Below, in pieces: positions 61,238-64,000 of a stretch of 64,000 nucleotides of DNA (position 1 is its first letter; each line of letters opens with the position of its first letter). The notes below the pieces were generated by a model, which saw only the letters and a list, made by a program, of their open reading frames with translations, had not been told where the DNA came from and searched no databases. The DNA is taken from positions 88,148 through 152,147 of IMG/VR virus record IMGVR_UViG_3300045771_000049. One strand, given 5' to 3'. A program made the position numbers and the translations under genes. The stretch is from a virus (taxonomy: Duplodnaviria > Caudoviricetes).

Positions 61238-62911
61238 ATGAACGCTCCTATTACTGAACTTCATACAAATGCGCAGATTTTGGGTTACATCGAATCCCGT
61301 TACTTCAGCGGATTTAAAATCATCGCGACGGACACCCATCTGCAATTGACCAGCGACGATTCCACCGTGCAGTCGCTGCTCAGCAATGCCAAAATCATCA
61401 AGGAGATCGAGGTCGAAGAACCCATCAAGCTTGACGTGCAGCTTTTGCTGCATCGGCGCATGGTGCTGAAAAAAGCGATGCGCGACCTGCGCCTGGAACA
61501 CGAGGTTGAGGCCTGTGATCTGATCGAAGCGATCACCATGATCAATGCCTTTAGTGATCCCAGCATCAAGACGCGGATCGATGCTGGCTATATCATGTAT
61601 AGTGATTTGCCGGTGCTGCTGGCGCGCGGTGCGCCGGTCGTCTGTGAGATATCCATGGGTCTGTTGGCGGGTCAGGTGGAAAGCTGCGCTGAGCAGACCT
61701 CGTTTTTCGGGTCCCTCTACGCGATCGCCTTGTCGATCGTGGTGCCGACCGCGCATGGCAGTGCTGTCGGCAAGTATATCTACAAGCTGCCGCAGTTCGA
61801 TGGGCGGATCGCGATCGATAAACTGGGCATTCGTCCGCTGGACCGTGAAACGCGTGAGGTGCTGACGGCGCGTGGGCGCATGTTCCGTGACTTCACGCAA
61901 CGGCCGACGCCTGCCAATTACGCCGGGGCATTGACCATCCCGAACTGGATGCGTGATCGGCAGATGCATGCCGATGGCCGGGTGATGATCGATGGCGGCA
62001 GTTTCGCGCAGATCGATCCCGACACGTACCAGGAGATGATGAACAGCTTTCGCTTGGATGAGGATTTGGCGGGCGTGGTGTTGGATGCCGATCTGTGGCG
62101 CTGCTATCCGCAGGTGCAGGCATTCTCGATGCGCCTGAAACGCTGGGGCTGGATATCGGTAGACGGGTTGTCGCCGATCATCTGGCGCGAGGACGCCTTC
62201 GATCATCTGGTCCTGGCACCCGAGCATAAACAGGTGCTGTTGGATTTGGTCACCCATTACGATGCCACGTCGGGGGATTTCATCGACGACAAATCGCGCG
62301 GTCTGATCTTTTTGCTGCATGGGAAAAGTGGCACGGGCAAAACGCTCACGGTCGAGGCGGTCGCGGAGGTGCTGCATCGGATGATCTACTCGGTGAGTAT
62401 TGGCGAGTTGGGCACCAATCCCAATGACCTGGAAGACCGGCTGCGGTCGATCCTCGATCTGGCGCAGCATTGGAACGCGGTCTTGAAGCTGGACGAAGCC
62501 GATATTTTCATGGAAGCGCGCGATACCAGCAACATCGAACGCAACGCGATGGTGAGCATCTTCCTCCGTCAGTTAGAGTATTTTTCCGGGGTGATGTTTC
62601 TCACCACCAATCGGGTGCAGAGCTTTGACCCAGCGTTCTTCTCGCGGATTTCGCTGCCGATCAGCTATCCCGATATGACCGAGGCGTTGCGCGCCCAGGT
62701 CTGGCACAGCGTTCTGCTAGGAGCGGGCATCGATCCTCGGGCGTTCAACATCAAGCGGTTGTCGGGTCACGAAGTGAATGGCCGAAACATCACCTCGGCT
62801 GTGCGCCAAGCGCAGACTTTGGCCCTGGCGGCTAAGCGCACCATTTGCCAAGATGATATCGAGCGGTCGTTGCGAATGATGGAGGAGTTCACCGCCATGA
62901 TTAATGGCTGA
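61238..62911 (+). CDS. AAA+ ATPase
   Basis: GLIFLLHGKSGTGKTLT Walker A, LKLDEADIFME Walker B, FLTTNR, FDPAFFSRI. Confidence 0.92.
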   Translation: MNAPITELHTNAQILGYIESRYFSGFKIIATDTHLQLTSDDSTVQSLLSNAKIIKEIEVEEPIKLDVQLLLHRRMVLKKAMRDLRLEHEVEACDLIEAITMINAFSDPSIKTRIDAGYIMYSDLPVLLARGAPVVCEISMGLLAGQVESCAEQTSFFGSLYAIALSIVVPTAHGSAVGKYIYKLPQFDGRIAIDKLGIRPLDRETREVLTARGRMFRDFTQRPTPANYAGALTIPNWMRDRQMHADGRVMIDGGSFAQIDPDTYQEMMNSFRLDEDLAGVVLDADLWRCYPQVQAFSMRLKRWGWISVDGLSPIIWREDAFDHLVLAPEHKQVLLDLVTHYDATSGDFIDDKSRGLIFLLHGKSGTGKTLTVEAVAEVLHRMIYSVSIGELGTNPNDLEDRLRSILDLAQHWNAVLKLDEADIFMEARDTSNIERNAMVSIFLRQLEYFSGVMFLTTNRVQSFDPAFFSRISLPISYPDMTEALRAQVWHSVLLGAGIDPRAFNIKRLSGHEVNGRNITSAVRQAQTLALAAKRTICQDDIERSLRMMEEFTAMING

Positions 62912-63114
62912 TAGCAGCCTCTAGGAAGGCGCTACGGGCGGGCGGAGCCAGATTGCGTAGTCCTCCCGCCCGCTGGCTGACAGGCCGCTGGCGGGGCCTC
63001 TGAGGGCCGTAGCGAGGGTGGCAAAAAATGCCCCGGAATCGCATCGGTTTCCTCGCAAGTCGTCGATGCCATCACTAAATACCGGCGGAGGGAGTCCAGG
63101 TTTGATGTTAGGCT

Positions 63115-63348
63115 ATGAAGATTGTTCGTTTTCCCGGCAGCACTAATCTGCCGACCGATCCAGTACTCGACCCTAATCGACGGTTGTCGATTGGTCCGGT
63201 CGCCTTCACCTGTACCGCTTGCGGCGACACCAACACTGCCAATTTCACCAATATGGTTTTTCGCAGCCTGGAATTTTACTGCCTAAGCTGCGGCTCTCCT
63301 TTCCGCATCGTCAACCCGGCGTTTGGAGGTTGCCGGTCAAAACACTGA
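63115..63348 (+). CDS. zinc-ribbon protein
   Basis: CTACG ... CLSCG; TAAATA at 63076-63081. Confidence 0.65.
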   Translation: MKIVRFPGSTNLPTDPVLDPNRRLSIGPVAFTCTACGDTNTANFTNMVFRSLEFYCLSCGSPFRIVNPAFGGCRSKH

Positions 63349-63382
63349 CCATTTGAGTTGTGTCATTAGCAAGGAAACTGCG

Positions 63383-63952
63383 ATGTTTTTACAAGTTGCC
63401 GAGTTTCATGCCGCCTTCGGATTGCCGCATGCGGACCATCCGCTGTTACCTGACCGTAAACAACGCGAACTGCGCAAGCGTCTCCTGATCGAGGAGGTGC
63501 AAGAGTTGATCATGGGGTTGCGCGCAGACGATCGCCTGAACATCGCCAAAGAACTGGCCGATGTATGCTACATTCTGGCCGGGACCGGCGTGGTCTATGG
63601 GATTGCACCAACCACCCCCTTCGCCTCACCGTTCGATAATTGCTCGCAAATGGCGGTGTTTATTCACACGCCGCTCGACGATATCATCATGGCCTATCTG
63701 GAGGATTACTTGCGCGCCGAGGCGCGGGACAATCTGGATGAGATTTGGACCAGCATCAATTTCATGCTGTGGGCGATGTTCGGCCTCGCCTTGCATCTGG
63801 CGATCCCGCTGAATGCCGTCTTTGCCGAAGTGCATCGCAGCAATATGACCAAGCTGATCGATGCGGACCAGCAGCTTATGCGGACCGACGGCAAGATTCT
63901 CAAGGGTCCGAACTACCAACCGCCCAGCCTGAGCGAGATCATGCATGGGTGA
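63383..63952 (+). CDS. MazG-like/PRA-PH nucleotide pyrophosphohydrolase
   Basis: VAEFH, LLIEEVQEL, KELADVCY, EVHRSNMTK, DGKILKG; AAGGA upstream of ATG 63383. Confidence 0.88.
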   Translation: MFLQVAEFHAAFGLPHADHPLLPDRKQRELRKRLLIEEVQELIMGLRADDRLNIAKELADVCYILAGTGVVYGIAPTTPFASPFDNCSQMAVFIHTPLDDIIMAYLEDYLRAEARDNLDEIWTSINFMLWAMFGLALHLAIPLNAVFAEVHRSNMTKLIDADQQLMRTDGKILKGPNYQPPSLSEIMHG

Positions 63953-64000
63953 CACCACATTGTTTTCTGCGAAATTGCTATCCGACGAACAGATGTTTAC

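Noticed and set aside
61202-62470. 422-aa minus-strand ORF and similar long antisense ORFs (e.g. 12900-13910, 46955-47785)
   Set aside because: Shadow ORFs opposite well-supported genes, expected in GC-rich DNA
1-64000. CRISPR array
   Set aside because: No run of equal-length repeats with unique spacers was seen; only a two-copy 26-bp tandem and inverted repeats
1-64000. Alternative genetic code (stop-codon reassignment)
   Set aside because: Conserved genes end at TAA, TAG and TGA at expected lengths (capsid TGA, fibre TAG) and no suppressor tRNA is present

Overview
A 64-kb segment of a large, GC-rich, T4-like (myovirus-type) jumbo phage genome, probably infecting an alphaproteobacterium (inferred from its bL33 sequence). 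Structural genes include a head module (acidic core protein, gp21-like protease, gp22-like scaffold, gp23-like major capsid protein), two paralogous tail fibres with C-terminal S74-type chaperones, a tape-measure-like gene, and a chaperone pair joined by a likely -1 frameshift. Accessory content includes two DNA amino-methyltransferases, a prkA/yeaG-yeaH-spoVR operon, three inteins, two endonuclease/GNAT-like fusions, several ADP-ribosyltransferase-fold genes with capsid-targeting-like N-termini, a frameshifted ribosomal protein L33 gene, and many TAAATA late-promoter motifs. The most striking signal is that both tRNA clusters (Leu-CAA/Leu-TAA; Asp/Glu/Glu/Arg-like/Thr) sit behind a tiny leader ORF enriched in codons read by those tRNAs, followed by mutually exclusive terminator/antiterminator hairpins. 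This looks like ribosome-sensed attenuation that turns phage tRNA genes on when the matching host tRNAs are depleted. The second cluster also holds a topologically rearranged tRNA-like gene and lies divergent to a ~355-nt highly structured non-coding segment. All calls were made by eye from motifs; no database searches were run.
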